A stretch of 62,931 nucleotides of DNA, counting the filler, from Nemertoderma westbladi (taxonomy: Eukaryota > Animalia > Xenacoelomorpha), in the NCBI GenBank assembly GCA_032718475.1. It is 3 parts of 3 records of this genome, joined end to end, with 100 filler letters (N's around TTAATTAATTAA, not from the genome) between each part and the next. Parts side by side here need not be neighbours in the genome. Positions count along the whole stretch, not along the records: positions 26,212 to 53,151 come from JAUCBJ010001098.1; positions 53,252 to 62,931 come from JAUCBJ010006393.1; 1 more part is not named here. One strand, written 5' to 3'. Positions within the stretch are counted from its first letter, which is position 1; the number at the start of each line of letters is the position of its first letter. Both the position numbers and the translations under genes were made by a program. The notes under the pieces are model-generated. The model ran no database searches. It worked only from the letters and a program-made list of their open reading frames with translations, and was not told the DNA's origin. Below are positions 43,026-55,425 of the stretch, one piece after another.

Positions 43026-43947
43026 TACTAGGATTGTTATAGGTCGCATCCCTTTTAGCTTTTGCTTTATTTATTACTCTGTTGCGCCATCGGCGCTACA
43101 GAAATGGAATGTAATAGAACGCAACAGAATGTACAAGCCAATGGAATTAGAGTGGAATGTATAAACCAATCTTAGGTTGTTGCGCTGTTGCGCCAATGCT
43201 GCCCATTGGTTATAGAGCTGTTGCGCTGTTGTGCCGTTGCGCTGTTGCGTGTTTTCCAGGAAGCCCATGGTTTTGTCTGCATAGCCTAAAACTCGAGATG
43301 TTAAAATGTAGTAATTATTATCATTACTGTATATTCTTAAAAACATTTAAAATACGATGCAAATTAAAATATACATAATTAATAAACAATTGAAAAAAAC
43401 AGATTGAGAAATATAGACATTACACAACGACATTATAATATAGATATTAATTAGAAGTAGTAGGAAAAGGCATAGACATTAAACAATCTTAATTTTGTTG
43501 TTCCAAATTCTACTATTTTACTCCTTTATCCACCATACCGGTACAGTATTGTACTAATATCCTATTTTCTTCATCCCACCAAATTAAAATTATCCGAATT
43601 ATATGCATGTTTATTGTTTATAAGACTATAAATAGTCGATATTCTTATTATAATAATAATTTAACGGTTTACATTAACTCCTAACCCTACAATTGTTTCG
43701 CAGATAAAGCCGCTGAAATACTATATGTACTGTAGCTGCAGAAATATATAAATTACAGTCAAGACCTACTATAGACTATGACCTACTGTACTATAGTAGG
43801 TCATTTTACAGTATACAGTATTGTTGTATATAATTTAATTATAATGTAATTACTGTATTAAAGGGCCATGATCTTCTAATCAGGAATTAATAAATGTTTA
43901 AGGCTGTTAAGATTCGTTAAGTTCCCGATATGGTCAGCCGTTATAAA

Positions 43948-45057
43948 CTAAGGATAAGGGACAGGCAGTCTGTCTGTCAGTGACTTCTTGTCGAAGAAGT
44001 ATGATTGATCCATGTTTACAGGAGCTCTCCCTAGCTGTGGAGGGACGGTGAACCTGCGATAAGCGTTCACAAACACCATATGAATGTACGAGAACATGGT
44101 CCCAGAAAGCCCACCTCCGATGCAATGATCGGTATCAAAAGGATCTTCTATAGATATCGTCTTGAGGGTCCATCGCTTTTCGTAGGAGGAAAGTGGAGCT
44201 TTCCTGCGGATTGATATAACTTTGGACTGGAATTGGAAACGGGAATAGAAGTCCAGTATTGCGATCCATAGATCGACAACGGATTCCCGATTGTTGGCCA
44301 TCCAGGATTTTGCGATCAGATGGGAATCTTCTGCGAAATAAACATTGAAACCATCTACCAACACGTTCGGAGCCTTACTCATTCCTCGAGGATAAATCTC
44401 CTGCAGAACTGCGGGTTCACGCTGTTGCAGAAAGTAAATAACCATCATATAGTAAGCATAGGAAGAGAGAGACTTCTTGGAAGCATCTCCTATGTCGCAT
44501 AGTTTGGCCAAAGTCTTTATCATGAACACTAAAGGTTTAACTCTTGGATCCAACTCGCTGTAGGCCCGCAACAAATGGCTTTTATGAACGCCGAGCACTG
44601 TGTTTAAGCTGATATCGCATACTAAGTTGTATCCAACGTGTCTGCATCTTACAATTGGTACTTTCGCAGAGGTTACGGTAGTGACATCAGCAAATGCCGG
44701 AGAATAATTTAACTGTCTGCTGATGTTCGAAATTATTGTAGTTTTAAAGTGACTCTGACTACCTGAAAGCGTCATGCAGATATCCAAATCTGATTGGTGG
44801 AAGCCAAAACCGTTAATTGAGGAGCCAGATAACTGCACGCGGGCCGTAGGATAGGCTTTAATAACGACGTTATGGATGGATCGGAGGATATCCTGTCTGT
44901 CTCTAATGTCCTGCGGAGACTGTTGGTAGCGGGAAACGACACTCGAGATCGTTGAGTCTATAGCCCTGCGGAATGCTCGGGACAACTCAGTCCGCTCGTA
45001 ATTGCGAGACGTTCCCTGCCTCACTGCCTCAGCCCCTTCACATCTGTACTTTTGCAT
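43948..45057 (-). CDS. Terminal uridylyltransferase, TUT4/TUT7-like catalytic module only (Cid1/PAP-associated family), no introns in the visible ORF
   Basis: Pol-beta NTase motif LSGSSINGFGFHQSDLDICM, SAKVPIV, third Asp in CDIS, CDIGDASKKSLSSYAY, and nucleotide-recognition motif ISIEDPFDTDH. First ATG is at 45057; upstream exons cannot be excluded. Confidence 0.85.
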   Translation of the reverse strand: MQKYRCEGAEAVRQGTSRNYERTELSRAFRRAIDSTISSVVSRYQQSPQDIRDRQDILRSIHNVVIKAYPTARVQLSGSSINGFGFHQSDLDICMTLSGSQSHFKTTIISNISRQLNYSPAFADVTTVTSAKVPIVRCRHVGYNLVCDISLNTVLGVHKSHLLRAYSELDPRVKPLVFMIKTLAKLCDIGDASKKSLSSYAYYMMVIYFLQQREPAVLQEIYPRGMSKAPNVLVDGFNVYFAEDSHLIAKSWMANNRESVVDLWIAILDFYSRFQFQSKVISIRRKAPLSSYEKRWTLKTISIEDPFDTDHCIGGGLSGTMFSYIHMVFVNAYRRFTVPPQLGRAPVNMDQSYFFDKKSLTDRLPVPYP

Positions 45058-45680
45058 ATTACAGTAATACAACTTAAAGTGCAAACGAGCTCACAATCTC
45101 AACCTCAAAAGCTATAAACTGCGTGTTGTTAGTTTTACTTTTACAGATAAATTAACTTAATTAAATGAAGTTAAAGTAGCCCAGGCCTCGGCTGCAGTAA
45201 TTCCCACATACTGCACTGTACAGTATGTGAGTATACTGACATATTTGAGAGTGTACAGTACTCGTAGCTTACAGTATTTAAGTGTAGGTTTCCTGTATCA
45301 ATGAAATGTTTCAGTTTGCATTTTCCCTAAAAGTTGCGTTTTTCTGTTTGTTTTTATCAATTATTGAAATTGGGTTTCTCGGTGTGTAGTAGGCTATTCA
45401 TTTTAAGATTCATCAAAATAAGGATTGAAAATGGAGGTTGATACTGCGGTCTTAATTTTGGGCCCATTTGAAGTATCTTTTTATCCCCAATTTGTGGTAT
45501 ATTCGCCTCTTGAGGCATTTTACTGAGCGCCAGCGAGGTTAATAATAGGTCGAAGGTATATTGAAAATGCTATATTTTATTCCCACGTAGGCCTAATACG
45601 TAATACTGTATTATACTAACATAGGCCCATGTGAAGTATACCAAACTTTCTGCTGTTATATTTCACTTTGCAGTTTACCA

Positions 45681-47822
45681 CCATGGGAAGAATACCAGGT
45701 TTTCAACAAAACCACAAGTTTCAGAAGGGGTGATTCTAACCAAAACAATAAACGAATAAGTATCAATACAAGTTATAAGAAAGAAATAAGCGCTATGAAA
45801 TACTTACTAATACTTTTGGAAAAATACCAATTCTTCATATCGTGACCATAGAGCCAGAACAACACATACCAAAATTTTTCAAAAAAAAAAATTTTCACCA
45901 AAATTACTCAAGATGGCGTTCTTATGGTGTCCCTGAGCGGCCAAAAGTTTGTTTTTTGTAATCTTTTTTTTTGTTCACCCGACTTTTGTAAACTCGTTCG
46001 AACGACTTTACAAAACTCGGGAAAACAAATCTAATTGGCTGGAGTGGTTTCTATACCAACAAACATCCAATCAAGTTTGTTTCCCCGACTTTTGCAAACT
46101 CGTTCGAACGACTTTACAAAACTCAGGAAAGTTTTTTGTAATCTTTTTTTTTTGTTCACCCGACTTTTGTAAACTCGTTCGAACGACTTTACAAAACTCG
46201 GGAAAACAAATCTAATTGGCTGGAGTGGTTTCTCTACCAACAAACATCAAATCAAGTTTGTTTCTATAAATAAGCCAATCAGACTGAAGCTGCAGTATCC
46301 TTGATCACCTTTTTTTATCGAATCGGTAAACAGTACCTGTGAATTAATATTAATGTGGGCAATTTAAAAACGATTCGATGTGGTATTTCCAGCAGTTTGT
46401 GGGTGTTTACAGTACCGGTAGTTTATAGAAGTTTACAGTAGTTTATAGATGTTTACAGTAGTTTATAGAAGTTTACAGTAGTTTATAGATGTTTACAGTA
46501 GTTTATAGATGTTTACAGTAGTTTATTCATGGTTGCAATGTTTGTTTTGTCTAGTAAAGATTAAAAAAGTCGTTATCCGTGAAACACTTACTTACCTTCT
46601 TTAATAAATTTGACTTGGAATATTAATTAAGAACAATTATTACAATTAATAATTGTTAATTAATAACAATTAATAACAAAGGAGTAGCCCCCCCCCCCCC
46701 CCCCCTTAAAATTCCTATACATAGTAAAAATTCGAAAATCATTCAAGACCCAAATCTTCCAATTGTTCTAGAATTACTGTGAAAGTTGTAATTGCTGGCT
46801 ACCACATCGAATCTTTTTTAAATTGCCCACATTAATATTAATTCACAGGTACTGTTTACCGATTCGATAAAAAAAGGTGATCAAGGATACTGCAGCTTCA
46901 GTCTGATTGGCTAATTTATAGAAACAAACTTGATTTGATGTTTGTTGGTAGAGAAACCACTCCAGCCAATTAGATTTGTTTCCCTGAGTTTTGTAAAGTC
47001 GTTCGAACGAGTTTACAAAAGTCGGGTGAACAAAAAAAAAAGACTACAAAAAACAAACTTTTGTTTTCCTGAGTTTTGTAAAGTCGTTCGAACGAGTTTG
47101 CAAAAGTCGGGGAAACAAACTTGATTGGATGTTTGTTGGTATAGAAACCACTCCAGCCAATTAGATTTGTTTTCCCGAGTTTTGTATAGTCGTTCGAACG
47201 AGTTTACAAAAGTCGGGGGAACAAAAAAAAAGATTACAAAAAACAAACTTTTGGCCGCTCAGGGCCACCATACGTTCTACATCTTATGTTAAAATCCTAG
47301 ACTTGTATCTCCGTCCGTTTAGGAGATATGGAAAACCAGAACAACCCTCACAACATAAAAGTTGAAAACTGTTAGAGGTAAAACAACACATACAGTACCA
47401 CACTTTGCTCTATCATACTTTGCCAGGAAAAACACCATTCAATAGTCGAGGAATGACGTGAGTTCTTATGTTTCTGTGATAAAATCCTAGAGGTAAAACA
47501 ACACACACAGACTAGAGTTAATGTTAAATTTCAGTATGTGTTGTTTTGTCTCTTTGGAAAATAACGAAAAAAACAGTTTTTTTCATTAACAAAATTCATT
47601 CTGAATGCTAGCCACTATTATAAAATGTATCATTGTATCTTCCCAGACCTCTGTCGAAAAAATTAGGAGACGGGATCCATATAGAGGGAAATGAGAAGGT
47701 TTTTTGCATTTTTCTCGAAACCACATTTTTTGGTGAGTGTTGTTCTGGCTCTTTGGTCACGATATATAAAATTCCAGTAGAATTTCGAAGAAAAATTAAA
47801 ACCTGGTATTCTTCACATGGGC
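45681..47822. mobile_element. Older inverted-repeat element hosting the IS3EU-type insertion
   Basis: CCATGGGAAGAATACCAGGTTTT (45681) pairs with AAAACCTGGTATTCTTCACATGG (about 47800). ATATCGTGACCATAGAGCCAGAACAACAC (45837) pairs with GTGTTGTTCTGGCTCTTTGGTCACGATAT (about 47737). Confidence 0.55.
45923..47272. mobile_element. IS3EU-type non-autonomous foldback element
   Basis: Termini TATGG...CCATA, about 460-bp near-perfect inverted arms with internal duplicated modules, 6-bp TSD CGTTCT (45917-45922 and 47273-47278), and a central 20-bp repeat GTTTACAGTAGTTTATAGAW. Confidence 0.8.
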
Positions 47823-48504
47823 GCTAAAATTGGTAAATTCTTTATAAAAGATAAAATGAAATAATGTTACAAAATAAATTGAACTAGTGCCATTTATATT
47901 TACCATATTGAATGGGAGAATCTTGCAGACTCGTTAAGCCAAGGAATGCCTGTTCATTGTGATCTTCCACAGTAAACCCTTCCACTCTGTTTCCCAAGTT
48001 GCCTTCGCCTTGGTTCCCATTTATCGACCACTGAAGGATGAAAGCCAGGGTTGGGATAGGCTGCAGCATTTAAAGCACTATGCCCAAACAGGGCTGCCCA
48101 CATCTAGGGATCTAACCAGGGCTCCCTAATTGGAAGCCCAGGAAAGTCACCACTAGATACTGCGATTCAAATGAATTATAGTACTCTTCAACTCCTGATC
48201 CTGAATCAATATTTATTACGCAACTAGGGAGCCGCTTCACTAAATAACCCAATATTGGATATTGAGTTCCGTTTTGGAGTTCGCGTTGCAGACACCATGA
48301 TCTACTATAATAGTAGGTCATGCAGACACTAAATTTGCCATAACTTTTGAGTGTGTGAATGGATTCCACCAACGTAAACTAGCCGTTCTAAAGAGGGCCA
48401 ATTCGTTATTATGGAATTGGAATGTATCATACAGTATCGCATCATAATGTTATATATGAAATATAATGCAAATGTTGATTGTACCGCGCAGTACCGATGG
48501 TGTG

Positions 48505-49042
48505 GGTCTATGAGATACAGTATATACGGGCATAGCCCGAGTCTATGAGATACACACACAGTATATACGGGCATAGCCCGAGTCTATGAGATACAGTATA
48601 TACGGGCATAGCCCGAGTCTATGAGATACAGTATATACGGGCATAGCCCGGGTCTATGAGATACAGTATATACGGGCATAGCCCGAGTCTATGAGATACA
48701 CAGTATATACGGGCATAGCCCGAGTCTATGAGATACAGTATTTACGGGCATAGCCCGGGTCTATGAGATACAGTATATATACGGGCATAGCCCGAGTCTA
48801 TGAGATACAGTATTTACGGGCATAGCCCGGGTCTATGAGATACAGTATATACGGGCATAGCCCGGGTCTATGAGATACAGTATATACGGGCATAGCCCGA
48901 GTCTATGAGATACAGTATTTACGGGCATAGCCCGGGTCTATGAGATACAGTATATATACGGGCATAGCCCGAGTCTATGAGATACAGTATTTACGGGCAT
49001 AGCCCGGGTCTATGAGATACAGTATATACGGGCATAGCCCGG
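48505..49042. repeat. 35-bp minisatellite (GTCTATGAGATACAGTATATACGGGCATAGCCCGR), about 15 units
   Basis: Direct periodicity. Each unit holds the hairpin CGGGC-ATA-GCCCG. The array is cut mid-unit by the LTR start. Confidence 0.96.
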
Positions 49043-52000
49043 TGTAAAAGCTTTTGTGGGATAACTGATTCGTTTGCCTTGCTAACCAGTTCCCCCCCAG
49101 TCGCTGAATACTCTAAAAGGGGATCTATAATTCGAATAGCGCAAGCTACCAGCTTATTGGCTGATTTGCTGTACGCAGGTATCTGGGCTCTGTTTAATCG
49201 GCCAACCAGCCTAGAAAGGTTGCGTCATAGCCTTGTTTTTGTATCTCCCAATAGAATTTGAGTTAGCCTTGATTTTGACCTATCACAGAGCTACTGAACT
49301 GAAATTTTCCTATCTCACTGCTCTTTCTCTGTGTTGAACGGGAGCTTCGTGGAATAAGGGTAGTTGGTATCCTCGTATAGAGCAGTAGTCACGAGTTTTT
49401 CAAAGCCACGAAAGAACGGCTTTGTAGTGTTTTGTGTTTTCTGCTTTTTAGTCCAACACTAGTAGGTTTAATTATAAGGACATATATCCTTTAACTGGCT
49501 TTTAATCACTTGAATATCTCATGGAATCACTGCAATTTCGTAATCACTGCTGACACACGGCACACACGGCTTTTAATAACTGACGTATAACTGCTGAAAC
49601 TGCTAAAATTACCTGCTCAATCGATACTGTATACTGCTATTTGTTGTCGGTTATTCATTATATTTGTTGATGAATTATTATATTGGAATAACGAGAAATA
49701 ACCCCGAAAACCCAATATTCTTGATATACCGAAGGTAAGAGAGAAAGGTTACCAATAACGATTGTGACTTATGTTAAAGTGGTTTGAAGTGAATCTAATG
49801 TTATTTGATAGACCCTACATGAGTCAGTCTGTGTTCCTTTTATATGTGACTAAAATCAGTGAAGATTGGCAGATTAGTGTGCAGTATTGTGCAGCATTGT
49901 GTATGAGTGAGTCTGTTAAAGAAGCAATTCCTAAAGAATGCGCCATATATGTGAATTATAATTAAGCCATATCGTTGTGAGTAGTTTAAGTCATAACTCT
50001 GTTTATATAAATAAAGCGCCACGTCCTAAAGGAACTGTTAATATTCCCGAAGGTGAATAATATTGTCAGAGATTATATAATACTGTCAGTCGAATAATAC
50101 ATTAGGCTTACATAGCAATAAAATTAAACCGTCGAACCCAATCTCCCGGGAATATCCAGCGGGTGAATGATCGCGCACAGATTGGTTTCGACTAGTGTAG
50201 TGAATCAAATACTTGTCATAGGCTAAAAAGCGATTTAATATCTAGAAGACATCTTAATTTGGCGGGTTAAACTGCCAAAGGTCTGAAAGCGCGAACATTA
50301 AAGGATATAGCTTCTTTATTGCAGTAAGCAATAAAGTTGAAAGTACCGGTCAACCGGTAAACCTGAACGGTCCATCTGTAGGTCAGTAGGCCCAACTGCC
50401 AGAACCGGTACTGCCGTAGGCCCGTAGGTCCAACTGCCAGAACCGGTACTTCAGTAGGTCGGTAGGCCTAACTGTCCTAACCGGTACTTCCCGTATAAGT
50501 ACAGCAGTATTATTCGATTTGATTATATATGCCGGTAGGTCTTAATAATTAATCGGGGACGCCTGGTTTTTATTGAGATTTTACTTATTTCTGTCAAGTT
50601 TTATTTGTTTGTAGGCCAGTATTGAACAGAAGGCGTGTAAACCTGATCAGATTGTACAGACAATTTGTAGGCTGAGCTGTTGTCTGATTGTTGTTAAGTC
50701 TGAACGGATTGCAGTGTGTGTAGATCATCTGTCCGATAAAGAACGGTTAGGAAGTAGGGGCAGCGAATGCTGTAAGGTAAACCCCCAACTAAAGAATAAG
50801 TCGTACTACTGGGTTAGAACGCATACTACCTAATTATTTCGGAGTCTGCATGTCCTGTAGTTTATTTAGGCTTGAGAGTAGTCTGCCATCGTTGAGTCTG
50901 TACTTTGTTTGTGTAAGTCTGTACGGGTAGCGTATAATATTTATTTAGATAATTTGTAGGCTGGATAGTTGTCTGGCTGTTATTAGGTCTGAACGGATTA
51001 CAGCGTGTGTAGATCACTTGTCCGATAAAGAACGGTTAGGAAGTAGGGGCAGCGAATGCTGTAAGGTAAACCCCCAATTAAAGAATAAGTCGTACTACTG
51101 GGTTAGAACGCATACTACCTAATTATTTCGGAGTCTGCATATACCGTAGTTTGTTTAGGCTTGATAGTAGTCTGTCAGGTTCGGTCTGCATTTTGTTTGA
51201 GTAGTTTGTACGCGTAGCGTAATATTTATTATTCAGAGTTTATGCGATTATCCGCAACATCCATTCCCCAAGTTTGTTCCTACAATAATTGTGTTTGTTA
51301 TACATACCGCTATAGTTAAATTAACCCCGGTACTACACGGGCTGCTTGGCGTAGGTAAAGACTGGTGATTTTGTGCATCGGTCACTCCAGCAGATGCCGT
51401 GGTTCTTTTAGCTGTTCAAGTATATTTAACTACAGATTGTATGTTGTACAAGTACTCGTACCTAATTTAGGGTTTAGTGTACAGTACTTTCCGAAGTAAT
51501 TAGTGTAGACATTATATTTGTGTTGTAAAGTGGTTGATAGGCACGTTCGATTAGCTCTATTAACTTCTAGGTAGGAACACTCCGTGATACATAACGTAGA
51601 ACCTATAGCGATACGGCTATAGGTCGTCAGGCGGTGGTATTTTCCTATCTGGACAACGCAGTGTATTTACTACTACTTATTATTTCAAATACCGTAGTAC
51701 CCTGTCCGTTGTAATAACCAGATTTCTAACCCTTTGTTAGGCTGGTTAGTAGACTTCTTGTAAAATTACCCTAAAAATTCGTATTTTGTGTTTTTGTAAA
51801 TTTTTGTGTTTATTTAGAGAAGTTTATCTTTGTTTATCTAGTCGTAAGTTCAGTTCACCTCCCACTGTGAGGAAAGTCATCCCTCCAGTAGTAATAAAGG
51901 AACCTAGGCTGGTTCAACATCGTAGGTCTATCATAGGCACTCGAGCTCAGGTCAAACGGGACCAAGAAGCAGCGGAACAGCAACAACCCGCGAGCCAAGA

Positions 52001-53151
52001 ACTTACTTCTCAACGGCCCGATAGCTCCAGTAGTGAAGATACGGTAGAACTGACACCCGAACGCGGAGCAAGGATGACGGATGAGGTTTATTCGGATCCC
52101 CTTCTCATCCTTCCTGCAGCCGTACTCACTAGGTTATTGATCGCTGTGGAAGAACACCAGATCGATTGGGCGAGAAGCCAGCGTTCAACTAGAGATAGTT
52201 ATGCTGGATACACAAGGGAAGAACTGAAGTCCATGGTTGAGTCGCAATGGAACTTCCCCGGACCCGGACTCCCGTTTGATTTATCAGAAGCTGCCTGGGA
52301 AGACATACACCGGATGGGAGTAGCCAAGGAAACCATCGATCCAGCTGTGTGGAAGAGGTCCGCAGCCGGATACGCACAGGGATTCTTCAGCTCTATAGAG
52401 CGATTAAAAGAACAACTGTTTCAACAACCTCAAGGACCTCAAGAGCAGGGATTGCTGCTTTATCAAGTTAGAGAAAGAATTCTACGAATCAGGCTAATCT
52501 TATCAGCCTTTGAGGAGGCTTCTAAACGAAGACAAGACACATCGTTGCAAGTTGCCGTAAAGACTTGGTTTCAACGGGTGAGTCTCCAGGTTCAAGGAAC
52601 AGCTCAGTGGAAAGCTCAGCTGGAGGAGCGATCAACCCATGGAGAATCAACAGATGCTACTTTTTCCCAAGTGGAAAGTGAAGCGACGGCAGAGAAACCG
52701 CATAAGAGGGATGCCATTGACATTTATCTGTCAGACTATCAGCGTTTTTTAGGTGATGACGAGTTGAGGAGAAGGTTAGAGGGACTTAGCCCTAATAGTG
52801 AAGGAACCAAGCTTGTGTTGGATGCCATCGATGTGGAAATGAGGGCTGCGAATCAGGCTAAATTTGATGAACAACTCCGCCTGACACGAGTCCAAGAAGA
52901 ACAAGTAAAGAAAAAACGTATAGAAGACAGAAAGAAAGCAGCAGTAGCAGCTGCCGAAGCGGAAAGGAAAGCAGCCGAAGAGGAAAGTAAAGCAGCCGAG
53001 ATGGAAAGAAAAGCGGCAGCGACAGCAGCAGAAGCAAAGGCGGCAGCGGCAGAGGCAAAAGCGGCAGCAACAGCGGCAGAGGCAGAAGCGAAAAGAAAAG
53101 CAGCCGAAATGAAAAGAAAAGCGGAAATGGCAGTGGCAGAAGCAGAATGTA
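49043..53151 (+). mobile_element. 5' part of a second BEL/Pao element (LTR 49043-50297, leader, Gag N-terminus), truncated by the gap
   Basis: TG...CA LTR of 1255 bp. 49640-51830 is homologous to the reverse complement of about 32170-34400, including a ~290-bp internal duplication in the leader. Confidence 0.8.
51786..53151 (+). CDS. N-terminal part of a putative BEL/Pao Gag (coiled-coil, A/E/K-rich); start uncertain (first ATG 52073), runs into the gap
   Basis: Its end (RIEDRKKAAVAAAEAERKAAE...) resembles the start of the 31447 ORF (RREDRKEAERKVAATEAERKAAE), and it follows the homologous leader. Confidence 0.65.
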
Positions 53152-53251
53152 NNNNNNNNNNNNNNNNNNNNNNNNNNNNNNNNNNNNNNNNNNNNTTAAT
53201 TAATTAANNNNNNNNNNNNNNNNNNNNNNNNNNNNNNNNNNNNNNNNNNNN
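53152..53251. other. Artificial contig linker (N44-TTAATTAATTAA-N44)
   Basis: Same structure as 26112-26211. Confidence 0.95.
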
Positions 53252-53252
53252 G

Positions 53253-53494
53253 GAGAGAGGCAAACTTAATACATCGCTAACCCTCAATGATGTTCTACAA
53301 TTTTCTAGTGGGACTCATTTTCCCAACTTCAAAGGCACGCTCAAGTTCTTCCATACATTAGATTCTCAGCGCACACTTGCACGCAAACCATTGAGTTTCC
53401 AATAAATGATAGATATTTGATTGGTAACGATAAACAATTTTCAGAGAAGCTTGTTTTTGATATTACAGAGAACTGCGGATTTGGCCTTGTGTAA
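53253..53494 (+). pseudogene. C-terminal HECT-domain (G2E3-like) fragment with a frameshift
   Basis: Manual translation: LTLNDVLQFSSG...GTLKFFH, then after a shift SAHTCTQTIEFP...FSEKLVFDITENCGFGLV*. AHTC and a terminal GFG are HECT C-lobe hallmarks. Confidence 0.55.
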
Positions 53495-53596
53495 AAGTAA
53501 TGAATCCGGGATTAGTTTTAGAAATAAATGGGTGATCACAGTGAATACCGAAACATCATAATAATATGAATAAATACTATTTGCGGTGAATACTTC

Positions 53597-53822
53597 CGAT
53601 TTTTACTCTCGATATTTTTACTCTCGATATTTTTACTCTCAATATTTTTCAACACTCGATATTTTTACTCTCGATATTTTTCAACACTCTATATGTTTAC
53701 TCTCGATATTTTTAATCTGGTGTTATTTTTACTCTCGATATTTTTTAATCGCGTTATTTGTCAATACTCGTTATTTTTACTCTCGATATTTTTACTCTTG
53801 ATATTTTTCAAGTCTCGATAGT
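53597..53822. repeat. Degenerate 15-bp repeat (GATATTTTTACTCTC)n
   Basis: Visible periodicity; probably subterminal repeats of a DNA transposon. Confidence 0.8.
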
Positions 53823-55128
53823 TCTCACCATTACCGTTTTCGCATAGGCTAGTCAAATCAAGTGTTTGACAATCCAGAATTCTGCAGTCTGGAGGTTTGA
53901 AGAAAATTCATCGACAACAAAACATTATGCACAATTCGTAAAATAAAAGGCCACACGGTCAAAACACCGCAACTAAAAATCAATGCCTTTATTAATGGCT
54001 ACCAAATAACGCCATACCAAAATTGATCAAAATTTCACCATAAAAATTATTACACCAATTTAAATAATGTGACCCCAAATAATAAAGTCATCCCACCCCA
54101 AATAATAAAGTCATCCCAAATACAATTATTCAAACACCAAAATAAATTGTTCAACACCAAATCCAATTACTCAACACCAAAAAAAATATTTAACACCAAA
54201 ATAAATAAATGCTCCCCAAAACCAATTATTCGCACCAAAATAAATGACAAAACCCCCAAAATAAATACAAATTTTCCTAAAATAAATGACAAAACCCCCA
54301 AAATATTTTCACAAAATAAATACAAATTTTCCCAAAATAAATACAAATTTTCCCAAAATAAATACAAATTTTCCCAAAAATAGATACATAATCCCCCAAA
54401 ATAAATACATATTCGACCAAAATAAATACCTAATACCCCAAAATAAATACATATTCCCCCAAAATAAATACTTATTCCCCCAAAAAATCTCTACCAAAAT
54501 AAACAGACTCTCAGTTGCAGATTTCGTTAGGTCCCAAAGAGCGTTAAGTTCCATTACCATTTAAAGGAGCAGGTTAGTAAAGGAGCAGGTTAGTAAAGGA
54601 GCAGGTTACAAAGGCGTGTTTGGGGAACCAAAAGAATAAGCGAGATTTAACATGTTACAAGATTATGCAGGTCTTTATAATTGGGTCTTTGGTCTTTGTT
54701 TTGTACTCATCCGAGGATCGTCGGTATATTATGATTAAACATTTTGTTTGATTTATGGATATAAATAATGAATGAATTTGTATAATTAAATTTTCCATAA
54801 AATATTTGTTGCTGGAAGAATTGTTTTTGGTTGACAAGTAATTATTTTTGGGAGATAGAATAATAGTTTTTGGGGAATGAATAATTGTTTTTGGGGTATG
54901 AATAATTGTTTTTGGGGTATGCGTAATTGTTTTTGGGGGCAAGGGTAATTGTTTTTTTTTGGGGGGGGGGGGGGGGAGGGTGGTGAATAATTGTTTTTGG
55001 GGATGAATTATTGTTTTTGGGGGATGAATAATTGTTTTAGTGGAATTAATAATTGTTTTTGGGTGATGAATAATTGTTTTTTAATAATAATAAATGAATT
55101 GTTGTGGGGTGAGTGACGGTGAATTAAA

Positions 55129-55425
55129 TATATAATGTAGATAGGACAATATGATAATGCTCTCCATAGCGAAAAATATCAACCGGCCCTATTGGGGCTC
55201 GAACCCCAATAACGAACTTGTACTTCCCTTTGAGTGATTAGTTGGCCTAAATATGATCTCCCACTCCACAGCGAAATATTCATCCGGTCTGGTAGCTCAG
55301 TACAGTCACCCGGCTGATGATAACCAGAAGTTTGAAACCTAGGTACCGGGTTCGAGCCCCAATAGGGCCGGTTGATATTTTTCGCTATGGAGAGCATTAT
55401 CATATTGTCCTATCTACATTATATA
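55129..55425 (+). mobile_element. tRNA-like short element with 78-bp perfect inverted arms (retrozyme or non-autonomous Penelope-like)
   Basis: 55129-55206 is the exact reverse complement of 55348-55425. A-box-like TAGCTCAGT (about 55293) and B-box GGTTCGAGCC (55349) flank a hammerhead core. Confidence 0.7.
55309..55350 (+). ncRNA. Minimal type I hammerhead ribozyme
   Basis: Stem I CCCGG/CCGGG, core CTGATGA, stem II AAC-CAGAA-GTT, GAAA, short palindromic stem III (A)CCTAGG(T), cleavage triplet GUA. Confidence 0.75.

Noticed and set aside
42574-43078. Search for the 5' half of histone H3 upstream of the retroelement
   Set aside because: Only a weak AAAACCAAACTAGGTTC resemblance to KTDLRF near 42575-42592; no convincing H3 translation by eye.
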